A stretch of DNA of 64,000 nt from an uncultured Alphaproteobacteria bacterium (GTDB taxonomy: Bacteria > Pseudomonadota > Alphaproteobacteria > Rs-D84). Positions 1 to 8,861 of this stretch are shown here, in pieces. Position numbers and translations under genes: made by a program. The notes beneath the pieces were generated by a model. It was not told the origin of the DNA, made no database searches, and was given only the letters and a program-made list of their open reading frames with translations. The stretch lies in assembly GCA_944390225.1 (NCBI GenBank), contig CALXPB010000004.1:2366-66365 (forward strand). Reading direction: 5' to 3'. Numbering within the stretch: position 1 is the stretch's first letter; every line of letters starts with the position of its first letter.

Positions 1-520
1 AACCATCACCAAATGTGTTTCCTCGTAAATCATCAATTTCACTTGCGTTATGATTGTGTATAGCATATATAAAATCAGCCAATTGTTTACCCAAAGTTTG
101 CTTATATTTTTTTATGGTGCGTAAAGAAAATTTATTTAAATTTTTCCCATGTATAAAGTCGTATTTAAAAAACGTATATTTACCTGCTTTTATAATTTCT
201 ATTTTTGGAATACGTAAAGGGGATACATTCGTAAACGCATCAGTTATACGTTTCTCGCGGGTTATCTTTTCAATTGGTATGTTCGCGTCAAAGGCTTTTC
301 TGATTTTAAATACATATCTTTTATCAACTATGAATCCGATGTTCCAACCGCCTTTTATCATTTTTGTATGGTGAAAGTTTAAGTCTGGATATTTTTTCTT
401 TAACGCTTTATATTTCTTTCTCCAATCGTATAGTTTTTCTTTACGAATGCGGTTTCTGTTAGTGCGACTTGGAATGAAGGTGCAAAGAAAATCAAGCGTT
501 TCAAAAAATAGTTTCCACAT
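1..520 (-). CDS. APH/choline-kinase-like phosphotransferase, N-terminal part (3' end runs off the window)
   Basis: Own translation of the minus strand from ATG at 520-518: MWKLFFETLDFLCTFIPSRTNRNRIRKEKLYDWRKKYKALKKKYPDLNFHHTKMIKGGWNIGFIVDKRYVFKIRKAF... It stays open to the window edge, so it is absent from the supplied track. The glycine-rich stretch followed by a VFKIRK-type lysine resembles a kinase N-lobe. Confidence 0.5.
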   Translation of the reverse strand, partial: MWKLFFETLDFLCTFIPSRTNRNRIRKEKLYDWRKKYKALKKKYPDLNFHHTKMIKGGWNIGFIVDKRYVFKIRKAFDANIPIEKITREKRITDAFTNVSPLRIPKIEIIKAGKYTFFKYDFIHGKNLNKFSLRTIKKYKQTLGKQLADFIYAIHNHNASEIDDLRGNTFGDG

Positions 521-584
521 TAATTCAACCTTTTAAACTATATTGTAGAATGGTATTGAAAAAAACGAAAAAAACAAGTACTTT

Positions 585-2798
585 ATGGGTATGTTCAAAG
601 CGGGTGATATAGTAAAAGTTTTAATACCTAATGTTGTTAATACCGGTTATGATTATCGGTTGAGTACTGATGCAGAATTAGGCAGTTTTGTTCGTGTTAA
701 TGTTATGAATAAAGGATACATTGGCGTTATCTATGGTATCGGCGATAGCGGTTTGCCTGCGGAAAAAATAAAAAACGTTTCAGAAGTTTTTGAATACCGA
801 CTTTCAGTTCAAGATTTGCAGTGGATTAAAAGAATGTCTGAGTGGACGATGATGTCGCTTGGGGCGGTTTTGCGTTTAATAGTAAACGTGCCTGACGCGT
901 TTTCTGCGCCAAGAATAGAGCCTCTGTATTCATTCAATTTCGATGAAAAAATTCGGATGACTGACGCCAGACAGGCAGTTGTAGACGCGTTTTCTTCAAA
1001 TGATAATGAGCCAATGTCAGTATCTGATATTCAGAATATATCGTATGTTGGTTCTTCGGTTATTCATAATATGATAAAAAAGGGTGCTTTGGTTTTATGC
1101 GACGAACGTGAAATAAAGACGAATTCTTTTATTTATGAATATCAAGATACCGGTATAGTCAAATTAAATGCAGAGCAAAATACGGCGGCAGGTATCATCG
1201 GTTCTGCGATTGAACGGGGAGGTTTTTCGGTTTTCTTATTGGATGGTATAACCGGCAGCGGTAAAACGCAGGTTTATTTTGATGCTGCTTGGCGTGCATA
1301 TAAAAAGGGGAAGTCGGTTTTATTGATGATGCCAGAAATAGCACTGACTGCTCAATTTATTTCTAGGTATCAGCAACGGTTTGGGGCTCCGCCGGTTGTA
1401 TGGCACAGCAATTTAACTGCTGCGCGAAGACGTGAAATATGGCGCGGTATATTACGCGGAGAAATAAAAATGGTTGTGGGAACGCGCAGTGCTTTATTTT
1501 TACCTTGGCAGAACCTCGGTTTGATAGTGGTAGATGAGGAACACGATGCTTCGTATAAACAAGAAGATATGGGAAATTATCACGCCAGAGATATGGCTGT
1601 TCTACGTGCAAAAATTGCTGATTTTCCAGTAATTCTTGCCAGCGCAACACCGTCGGAAGAAACTTTGGAGAATGTCAATGCAGGTAAATATACCAGATTA
1701 AAATTAACTTCCCGTTTTGGTGGGGCAACTTTGCCCGTAATAGAAACCATAGATATGCGAAAAAATAAACCTGCTTCTTATAGTTTGCCAGATGAAGAAA
1801 AAGATACTCTTGCTCATACCGGTTTTTTGTCACAAGATTTATGTACCGCAATACAGAATACTCTTGATGCGAAACAGCAGGTAATGTTATTCATAAATCG
1901 TCGCGGGTTTGCACCTATCGTACAATGTAAGAAATGTGGATGGGTGGCAACTTGCCCAGATTGCAGCGTCGGTATGACGTATCATAAAAATTTAAAAAAG
2001 TTATTATGCCATATGTGCGGGAGGACAGCAACGTTACCAGAAAAATGTCCCAACTGTAATGACGACGTTTCTATGCGCGGGGCAGGGTTGGAAAAAATTC
2101 AAGAGGAAGTAAATATAAAATTTCCTAACGCTAAAACTGCTTTGGTGTCCAGCGATACAATGATGTCAAGGCAAGCACTGGAAAGATTAGTGTCTAAGAT
2201 GGAAAACGGTGAAATAGATGTTGTCATAGGTACACAAATTTTAGCCAAAGGACATCATTTTCCGAATTTGACCCTTGTGGGTGTCGTAGATGCGGATATG
2301 GGACTGTTTGGCACAGATTTTAGAGCAGCAGAGCATACTTTTCAGCAACTTTTTCAGGTTGCCGGTCGCGCCGGTCGAGGAGGGGCCCCCGGCAGAGTTT
2401 TATTACAAACTTATCAACCAGAACATCCTGTTTTGCGGGCAATATGTGCAGGAAACCGTGATGATTTCATGCTTTCTGATATGAACGCAAGACGTGCTGC
2501 AAAAATGCCTCCGTACGGGCAGTTGATTGCTATAATCGTTGAAGCAGAAAAAGAACCTGTGTTGCAAAAGTTCTGTTCCTTATTATCCGATAACGTACCT
2601 TTGGCAAACGGCGTTAAAATAATGGGACCGATTGCAGCGCAAATATATCAAATAAGAAATTGGTACAGAATGCGCTTCCTTGTCGCAGGAGACGCAAAGT
2701 CAAATTTGCAGGAAGTAGTTCGGTATTGGTTAGGTAAAGTAAAAACACCTGCAAATGTTCGATTAAAAATAGATGTAAACCCGCAAAATTTTATTTAG
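585..2798 (+). CDS. priA: primosomal protein N' (replication restart helicase PriA)
   Basis: 737 aa. Walker A GITGSGKTQVY, DEEH box (VVDEEHD), and Cys4-Cys4 zinc cluster CKKCGW..CPDC..CHMCG..CPNC. Length and order of motifs are typical of PriA. Confidence 0.93.
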   Translation: MGMFKAGDIVKVLIPNVVNTGYDYRLSTDAELGSFVRVNVMNKGYIGVIYGIGDSGLPAEKIKNVSEVFEYRLSVQDLQWIKRMSEWTMMSLGAVLRLIVNVPDAFSAPRIEPLYSFNFDEKIRMTDARQAVVDAFSSNDNEPMSVSDIQNISYVGSSVIHNMIKKGALVLCDEREIKTNSFIYEYQDTGIVKLNAEQNTAAGIIGSAIERGGFSVFLLDGITGSGKTQVYFDAAWRAYKKGKSVLLMMPEIALTAQFISRYQQRFGAPPVVWHSNLTAARRREIWRGILRGEIKMVVGTRSALFLPWQNLGLIVVDEEHDASYKQEDMGNYHARDMAVLRAKIADFPVILASATPSEETLENVNAGKYTRLKLTSRFGGATLPVIETIDMRKNKPASYSLPDEEKDTLAHTGFLSQDLCTAIQNTLDAKQQVMLFINRRGFAPIVQCKKCGWVATCPDCSVGMTYHKNLKKLLCHMCGRTATLPEKCPNCNDDVSMRGAGLEKIQEEVNIKFPNAKTALVSSDTMMSRQALERLVSKMENGEIDVVIGTQILAKGHHFPNLTLVGVVDADMGLFGTDFRAAEHTFQQLFQVAGRAGRGGAPGRVLLQTYQPEHPVLRAICAGNRDDFMLSDMNARRAAKMPPYGQLIAIIVEAEKEPVLQKFCSLLSDNVPLANGVKIMGPIAAQIYQIRNWYRMRFLVAGDAKSNLQEVVRYWLGKVKTPANVRLKIDVNPQNFI

Positions 2799-2859
2799 TA
2801 TCCCTATTGAAATTATGATGCGAGAATAATATAATATTTAATGTAATAAGGAGTAAAAT

Positions 2860-3180
2860 ATGGGAGAAGTCTTTTTATCTTTTATAATAATGTTTGCGCT
2901 GGTAATGTTGTGCATTGCGATATTATGCATACCGATTTTAATTGCAAATGCGCGTGGTATATGTGGTAGCGAAAAAACTGCAATCATAGTTTTATCGTGG
3001 TTGGGTATATTTTTCGGTATAACTTGGTTTGTAGCGTTAATTCTTTCACTGGTCTGGCAAGGTGGATGTATCGACGGTAAAGATAATCTTGATAGATTGG
3101 AAAAATTATCCAAACTATATAAAGAAAAAGTTATAACAAAAGAAGAATACGAAAAAATGAAATCAAGATTGTTATATTAA
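2860..3180 (+). CDS. small membrane protein: superinfection-immunity-like TM region fused to a SHOCT-like C-terminal helix
   Basis: 106 aa. Two or three hydrophobic helices are followed by LEKLSKLYKEKVITKEEYEKMKSRLL, a SHOCT-type short oligomerisation motif. SD aaggag lies upstream and a strong terminator lies downstream. Confidence 0.55.
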   Translation: MGEVFLSFIIMFALVMLCIAILCIPILIANARGICGSEKTAIIVLSWLGIFFGITWFVALILSLVWQGGCIDGKDNLDRLEKLSKLYKEKVITKEEYEKMKSRLLY

Positions 3181-3205
3181 AAAAGCCCTGTAAAGGGCTT
3201 TTTTT
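3181..3205. terminator. bidirectional intrinsic terminator
   Basis: aaaAGCCCTgtaaAGGGCTttttt: 6-bp GC-rich stem and 4-nt loop, flanked by an A-run and a T-run. It sits between convergent genes. Confidence 0.7.
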
Positions 3206-3413
3206 AATGAACGTTTTGCTCTGTTTTTTTTAATTTTAACTTTTGTATTTCAATAATGATTTTTTCTATTATGTTCGGTGAATCAAGTCTTTCCTGTTCT
3301 CGACGCAAAGAATGTCTTTGTTTTGCAATTTCGTTTTCATATAGTATTTTCTGAAATTCTTCTCTATTTTTTGCTGTACTTGGATCTCTAACAATCTCAT
3401 TATCATATATCAT
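3204..3413 (-). CDS. hypothetical small charged protein (69 aa)
   Basis: ORF lies 16 nt downstream of the VirB11-like gene and has its own SD (aaggag). The protein is Lys/Glu-rich and probably helical. No recognisable family. Confidence 0.5.
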   Translation of the reverse strand: MIYDNEIVRDPSTAKNREEFQKILYENEIAKQRHSLRREQERLDSPNIIEKIIIEIQKLKLKKTEQNVH

Positions 3414-3429
3414 ATGTAATCTCCTTTTG

Positions 3430-4389
3430 TTAAACGACCTCTGTTACAGCGCGTAGACTGCCGTCGCGCGAAAGTTGAACAACACGGATTTTGTTTTTCA
3501 TTTCCGCAATTAAATCGCTTCTGTCGTATGCGGGTTGAGTATGCAATATTCTATCCGCAAACGCTGCGTAAGCTGCCTCGGCGCTTTCCGCATGAATCGT
3601 AGTATAAAAGTGGTCATGCCCTGTCCCCAGCATCTCCCATAATACTGCGGCATTATCGGTTGATATTTCACCGCCTATTATTACGTCAGGTGTCATACGT
3701 ACGACTAAATCCAACAGACGTGCGTAGTTAAACTCGTTAGTTTGTTCGGTTCTGGATAGAACAAAGTGTACCCTGTTTTTCTGCGGAACTTTTATTTCCC
3801 GAGCGTCTTCTACGGTTATCACGCGACTGTTTTGATCAATCAACGTCAACATGTGATTCAAAAATGTCGTTTTCCCTGTCGCAGTTGCACCGCTGATTAA
3901 AATCGGACTGCCGTCATTTATTGCGTGCATAAGTCTGTCGTATGGGTCATCTGGACGTACCGATTCACGTAATTTTATTTTTAGCAGTTTTTCACCGCGT
4001 TTCAAGTGATAGTTTTCAAAGTTTGTATCGGGCGCACTGGTTCCACGTATGTTTAAAGCAACCCCACCAGTTATGTCCCTGTCGTCGTATTGAACATTAG
4101 GACCTGCAATTGCTGTAAACCTGTGGTTCCCAGGAAGCGTAGCATATACAACAGGCATACCATGAATCGGATCAAAGGGTCTTTCGTAAATATTTGCAAC
4201 AGTATGAATTAAATCAACCAGATATTGTTTTGTCAGAGTTTCGGCGTTATATGAAACCCAAGGTACACGAGCACCATGTAAACGCATCCATACCTCGCCC
4301 GCATGGTTTATGGCTATTTCTTCGACGAAAGACGGTTTGTAAAAATCTTCTAACGGTTTCAGTAAAGATTCAAGAACTATATTTGTCAT
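3430..4389 (-). CDS. VirB11/TrbB/CpaF-family secretion ATPase (T2SS/T4SS E-type)
   Basis: Walker A SGATATGKTTFLN. Downstream TPDVIIGGEISTDNAAVLWEMLGTGHDHFYTTIHAES matches the RPDRIivGE..E/TGH..TiHa signature of VirB11-like ATPases. Start is set at the internal ATG 4389 (MTNIVLE); the track ORF extends to 4425. Confidence 0.78.
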   Translation of the reverse strand: MTNIVLESLLKPLEDFYKPSFVEEIAINHAGEVWMRLHGARVPWVSYNAETLTKQYLVDLIHTVANIYERPFDPIHGMPVVYATLPGNHRFTAIAGPNVQYDDRDITGGVALNIRGTSAPDTNFENYHLKRGEKLLKIKLRESVRPDDPYDRLMHAINDGSPILISGATATGKTTFLNHMLTLIDQNSRVITVEDAREIKVPQKNRVHFVLSRTEQTNEFNYARLLDLVVRMTPDVIIGGEISTDNAAVLWEMLGTGHDHFYTTIHAESAEAAYAAFADRILHTQPAYDRSDLIAEMKNKIRVVQLSRDGSLRAVTEVV

Positions 4390-4465
4390 GATTTTAATTT
4401 TATCATAAATCCTGACTTGAATCAAAAGGCTTTATTTGATAAAATTGAAAAAAAGAGAGATTGAT

Positions 4466-5029
4466 ATGAAGAAAACTTTGTTCCTTATGATTTGTTCGGT
4501 GCTTATGTTGGGGGCTTGTTCGACAGGTTCGGATACCCCGTATAACGAAGTTGATTTTGCACAGGGTGGTTCAGATGCACCTTTATATAACGAACGAACA
4601 AGTGGTTTTATGCAGGCGGAAAATCAGTATTCTAATATTGATTCGTATAAACCTAAGACCGCCGCGGAAAAAGAGCAAAGTAATAACAGATGGAATACCG
4701 CCAGAATGGAAACTCGGTGGCAGGAATATCGCGGTACTATGGTTCGTGTGCAAATCTTGTTGGGAAATTCGGATTTACGAGAAATGCGCTTGCGCCTGAT
4801 ACAGAATGCTGACGGTATGGATGTTGACGGGGATTCTCGGACAATATTGGCAAAAGTTGCCGATTATGAAATGAAACGTATTTGCGGCAGAAATGCAGAT
4901 AGTATCGTGATGGTTTATGACAGACCGTCTTTTGACGTTATGCGTCCGACGCCTTATTTCGATTATAGGGTAGAGGCAGAAGGGGCAACTATGCGCGAAT
5001 ATGGTTTTAGATGCGTTTATGCAGATTAA
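4466..5029 (+). CDS. hypothetical lipoprotein
   Basis: Signal peptide with lipobox MKKTLFLMICSVLMLGAC-S. Start is set at ATG 4466 rather than the track start 4436. Confidence 0.6.
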   Translation: MKKTLFLMICSVLMLGACSTGSDTPYNEVDFAQGGSDAPLYNERTSGFMQAENQYSNIDSYKPKTAAEKEQSNNRWNTARMETRWQEYRGTMVRVQILLGNSDLREMRLRLIQNADGMDVDGDSRTILAKVADYEMKRICGRNADSIVMVYDRPSFDVMRPTPYFDYRVEAEGATMREYGFRCVYAD

Positions 5030-5050
5030 TTGAACAAAAAGAGGTAAAGT

Positions 5051-5380
5051 ATGAAAAAATATATGTCAGCATTTGTAATTTGTGGTGCTTTATTTGTAGG
5101 TGCTTGCGACGGCAGTAACAAGGCGCAAGAAGGTGATACTGTCATAATAGATTTTGCCGGTTATATGGATGGTACTCAATTTGAAGGCGGAACGGCAACT
5201 GGTTTTCCGTTAAAATTAGGTAGCGGTCAGTTCGTGCCAGGGTTTGAAGAACAGTTGATAGGGGTTAAGAAAGGTGAAAGCGTTGATGTAAATATTACTT
5301 TCCCTGAGAATTATTATCCCGAGTTAGCAGGTAAAGAAGTAGTGTTTAAGGTAACCGTTCAAGATATTATGAAAGAATAA
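5051..5380 (+). CDS. FKBP-type peptidyl-prolyl cis-trans isomerase, lipoprotein form
   Basis: 109 aa. Lipobox [52 protein letters not shown] is the classical FKBP/trigger-factor PPIase core. Confidence 0.8.
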   Translation: MKKYMSAFVICGALFVGACDGSNKAQEGDTVIIDFAGYMDGTQFEGGTATGFPLKLGSGQFVPGFEEQLIGVKKGESVDVNITFPENYYPELAGKEVVFKVTVQDIMKE

Positions 5381-5405
5381 AAAACCGGCGTTTCGCCGGT
5401 TTGTT
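5381..5405 (+). terminator. intrinsic terminator (copy 1 of a duplicated 31-bp terminator sequence)
   Basis: aaaACCGGCGtttCGCCGGTttgtt. The string aaaaaaccggcgtttcgccggtttgttattc recurs identically at 6503-6533. Confidence 0.7.
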
Positions 5406-5562
5406 ATTCTTGTTTATATCTTGTTTTTTATTTTATACAATATATAATCTCTTATTAATAGCACAGGTGAATTTTTTTTTATTTGTGTCATAGGAATAAA
5501 ATCCAAGTTGTTCAAAATAATATTAAAAATGAAAATATTTAATGCTTAAAAGGGGGCATAAA

Positions 5563-6504
5563 ATGGCGTTGCCAAATATTACTAAAAGAAAAATGTTTTT
5601 CGCAAAGTTTGCTACGTTTTGGATACCTGTAAAAACTTATCGCAAGATGTTGCGAGGAATTCTTCTTATGGGGGTTGATAACTATTTAAAGGTTTTAAAA
5701 GAAGAAAAAACAAAGAAATTTTCGTATGAATTATCTGTTGTTGCAATAATGAAAAATGAGGGAGCTTATTTAAAAGAGTGGTTGGATTTTCATATTTTAG
5801 TCGGAGTTGAAAAATTTTATTTGTATGACAACGAATCAAACGACGATACAAAAAAAATTTTGAAACCTTATATTAAACAAGGAATAGTAGAATATACTTA
5901 TTTTCCGGGTCAAAAGCGTCAGAATCCGGCATATATTGACGCGTTAAATAAGCATGCGAATGATTCTCGTTGGATGGCATTTATCGATTTAGACGAATTT
6001 ATAGTACCAGTAAAGCATAAAACTATTACAGATTTCTTACGTACATTGCCAAAGAATTTTGGTGCTTTGGTTTTAACTTGGGTTATGTACGGTTCTGCAG
6101 GTCATAAAAGAAAACCGAAAGGATTAGTTATAGAAAACTTTAAATATCATGCAAATGAAAAACGGCATAGTGGTTGTAAATCTATTGTGAATCCACGATT
6201 AGTAGTGTCCCAACGTAATCCACATATAAATGACGTTGCTGGTTTCTTGATTGACGAAAATGGCAGAAAATTAGGACGTATAGATCAAACAAATAATCCA
6301 CCATCTTATAACAAAATTCGTTGCAATCATTATGTTACAAAGTCTTATGATGAATATAAAGCTAGGTGTAATAAAGGTAGCGCAAGCACGGGAACAAAAT
6401 CACCAACAAAAAAATGGTCCCGTGAAAAATTTGACCGTTATGATACAAATGATATTTACGACGATATTATGGATAAATACGTTAAAATATTAAAGTCTAA
6501 TTAA
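5563..6504 (+). CDS. glycosyltransferase family 92-like (DUF23-type)
   Basis: VAIMKNEGAYLKEWLDFHILVGVEKFYLYDNESNDDT is the typical GT92 N-terminal signature. Start is set at ATG 5563, which has SD ggggg 7 nt upstream; the track start is 5542. Confidence 0.7.
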   Translation: MALPNITKRKMFFAKFATFWIPVKTYRKMLRGILLMGVDNYLKVLKEEKTKKFSYELSVVAIMKNEGAYLKEWLDFHILVGVEKFYLYDNESNDDTKKILKPYIKQGIVEYTYFPGQKRQNPAYIDALNKHANDSRWMAFIDLDEFIVPVKHKTITDFLRTLPKNFGALVLTWVMYGSAGHKRKPKGLVIENFKYHANEKRHSGCKSIVNPRLVVSQRNPHINDVAGFLIDENGRKLGRIDQTNNPPSYNKIRCNHYVTKSYDEYKARCNKGSASTGTKSPTKKWSREKFDRYDTNDIYDDIMDKYVKILKSN

Positions 6505-6530
6505 AAAAACCGGCGTTTCGCCGGTTTGTT
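6505..6530. terminator. bidirectional intrinsic terminator (copy 2 of the duplicated sequence)
   Basis: Same hairpin as 5381-5405. It sits between the convergent GT92-like gene and lpxI, and the lpxI stop codon (6529-6531) lies in its tail. Confidence 0.7.
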
Positions 6531-7353
6531 ATTCGTCTAATGCCAATATGAAAATTCCAAGTTTATTTGCTTGCTTTATTACTTCCGTTTTGTTTACAAC
6601 AAAGCAGGTCTTTGTATTTACTATTATCCCACGTAATTTTGCTGCTGCAACTGCCTTGACTGTATCAACGCCAATAGCAGGAATGTCAATTCTTAAATCT
6701 TGACCGGGTTTGGTCATCTTGGCAAAAACCCCGCTGACTTTTTTGTTTTTTTCCCTCATTTTTATTACTCGTTCTAGCATTTGTGCTGTACCTTCGGCGG
6801 CTTCAACGGCCACAACTTGTTTGTCAACGACGACGGATGCCCCTATGTCTGCTGAACCGATTGTGTGTGAAACTTCTATTGCACGTTCTATGTTCTTTTT
6901 GTCGCTGGCACTGGGTTTCTTTTTTGTCTGTACGCCTGCAGAACAGAACGTTAGTTCTGGTGCGATATCTTGAGCCGCTACAACTTTAAAACCGCGTTTT
7001 TCTATGACTTTATTAAATGCTTTTGCCATGGAATCGTATCCTCGTTGATGTTTTATTATACTAAATAACACAAACAAAGACCATAAATCAGGCCGTATGT
7101 CAGATAAATTAGGATGCCCCAGAGCACCTACGAAAGTAACTTTTTTTATTCCGCGTCGTTTTAACTCGCGTGCGGCGCGCCCCCCAGCACCGAGACGAAT
7201 TACCATATCAGGTTCAAGCCTTTTATCGTAAAAATTCTTTAAACCTATGACGTATACTTCCCAACCGCTTTTTCGTAATGCGTCGCGTGTGTAAAAAGGT
7301 AGGTCTAATGCCCCGGCAATAATTGCTATTCTTTTATCTGCGTTTGTACTCAT
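6529..7353 (-). CDS. lpxI: UDP-2,3-diacylglucosamine pyrophosphatase LpxI (DUF1009)
   Basis: 274 aa. IAIIAGALDLP N-terminus, GAGGRAARELKRRGIKKVTFVGAL, and DIGASVVVDKQVVAVEAAEGTAQMLERV match the LpxI pattern. Confidence 0.78.
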   Translation of the reverse strand: MSTNADKRIAIIAGALDLPFYTRDALRKSGWEVYVIGLKNFYDKRLEPDMVIRLGAGGRAARELKRRGIKKVTFVGALGHPNLSDIRPDLWSLFVLFSIIKHQRGYDSMAKAFNKVIEKRGFKVVAAQDIAPELTFCSAGVQTKKKPSASDKKNIERAIEVSHTIGSADIGASVVVDKQVVAVEAAEGTAQMLERVIKMREKNKKVSGVFAKMTKPGQDLRIDIPAIGVDTVKAVAAAKLRGIIVNTKTCFVVNKTEVIKQANKLGIFILALDE

Positions 7354-7440
7354 GTTTATATATGGTACGAATAAAACAGGCTGGAATCAAGTTTCATTTT
7401 ATGATAAAATTTTATAATGATATATGTTAACAGGTGAAAA

Positions 7441-8205
7441 ATGAAAAAAATATCATATATATGTTTGACTGCTTTGTTTCTATGCGTACCGGCATTCGCC
7501 GCATATGATGACGCGTCATTTCAGGCAGAAGTGCTGGAAGGATTAGATTTAATCAGTGCACGTGCAAACCTTGATGTTTCAGAGGTTGCCCCAGGGGAAC
7601 TGGGCGCCGATGTTTATCAGTTCGCAGGTGCAGTGCAAACTGATGACAGTCAATTATTTATACCAACTTCATTGTATCTTCGTATGGGAGGAGGAATAAA
7701 TCTCGGGTTCGCCACAGATAAAGCAAAGGTAAATGATAAAGAATATAAAAGTTCTGGAAGTTGGACGACTCAGATTGGTTTCGGGTTTAATTTGTCGTCT
7801 TTCGTTCGTACAGAAATCGATCTTCAAGAATCTACATTAAATTTTTCTGGGTTGGATGATGCACAGGCGTCTTACAGAACCTTGGGCGGTATGCTGTATT
7901 TTGATCTTGCACGTCGTTATATACAAAATGGTGATATTACATATCGTAGAAAATTCGTGCCTTTTATAGGCGTCGGAGCCGGGGTCGGACAATATCAATT
8001 TGACGGGGCAGGTGGTGCAGACGGTTTCTTGGTCGCAGCACCGCAGGCTGTGCTGGGATTTAATATCATGCTTAATAACGTAATCGGAATAGACGTTATG
8101 TATCAGTACCAAATGATGATAGAAAACGGTTTCGGTTGGTGGGTTAATGCGGATAGCGTGGATAATATCAGTAATGTCATTGTGTCGTTGCGCGCAAATT
8201 TCTGA
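7441..8205 (+). CDS. outer-membrane beta-barrel protein (OMP_b-brl/OmpA-like porin family)
   Basis: Signal peptide ...CVPAFA-AY, alternating beta-strand pattern, and C-terminal aromatic residue (SLRANF). Confidence 0.7.
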   Translation: MKKISYICLTALFLCVPAFAAYDDASFQAEVLEGLDLISARANLDVSEVAPGELGADVYQFAGAVQTDDSQLFIPTSLYLRMGGGINLGFATDKAKVNDKEYKSSGSWTTQIGFGFNLSSFVRTEIDLQESTLNFSGLDDAQASYRTLGGMLYFDLARRYIQNGDITYRRKFVPFIGVGAGVGQYQFDGAGGADGFLVAAPQAVLGFNIMLNNVIGIDVMYQYQMMIENGFGWWVNADSVDNISNVIVSLRANF

Positions 8206-8222
8206 GAAGATAAGGTGTAAAA

Positions 8223-8855
8223 ATGAAACGTAAAATATTATTTGCTTTGTTGTGCTTACTGCCTATGGTGGCAAAAGCTGAAATCTCTTATCGGGTAGAG
8301 CAGAACGAATTAATATCATCAGAGCAAAAACCGATGTTCGCAAGCGATTATCTTTTTTATGTCGGTGGTATGTATAATTTTTCTATGTGGGATAACGGTG
8401 CAGATGATTCGATTATGATAAAAGGTGAAGATACTTCGGGTTACGACGTAGTTGCAGGTATTAGACTTTGCGATGTTTTTAGGTTGGAGGCTGATTATTC
8501 ACATGCCTCTGCAAAGTGGAATGCTTTTGAAATGACCGGTGAAATGGCCATGATAAACGCTGTTATAGATGCCAGAATCGAAAGTTTATATCGTGTGCTT
8601 TATAAACAAAGTATTGTACCTTATATAGGTATAGGTGGTGGTGTTTCTTGGAATTCTTCGGGTGATGTGGAAATAGAAAAAGAAATTACACCCGTTGCCA
8701 CCGTTATGGCGGGTCTGGGGATAGAGTTAGGTAAGAATTTTACGCTAGATTTTGGTTATAGGTATTTGTATATGTTTTCACCAAAATTTAATGTGATATC
8801 TGATTTTGCTCCGGTGGCTCATCAATTTCGTGCGGGTGCACGCATAAACTTTTAA
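8223..8855 (+). CDS. outer-membrane beta-barrel protein, paralogous type
   Basis: Signal peptide ...PMVAKA-EI and C-terminal GARINF. It is a small 8-10-strand barrel-type sequence in tandem with the preceding OMP. Confidence 0.7.
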   Translation: MKRKILFALLCLLPMVAKAEISYRVEQNELISSEQKPMFASDYLFYVGGMYNFSMWDNGADDSIMIKGEDTSGYDVVAGIRLCDVFRLEADYSHASAKWNAFEMTGEMAMINAVIDARIESLYRVLYKQSIVPYIGIGGGVSWNSSGDVEIEKEITPVATVMAGLGIELGKNFTLDFGYRYLYMFSPKFNVISDFAPVAHQFRAGARINF

Positions 8856-8861
8856 AGCAAT

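Noticed and set aside
54-374. A 106-aa plus-strand ORF at the window start.
   Set aside because: It lies antisense to a much better ORF (the APH-like kinase, open to the window edge) and has a hydrophobic, low-complexity shadow-ORF composition.
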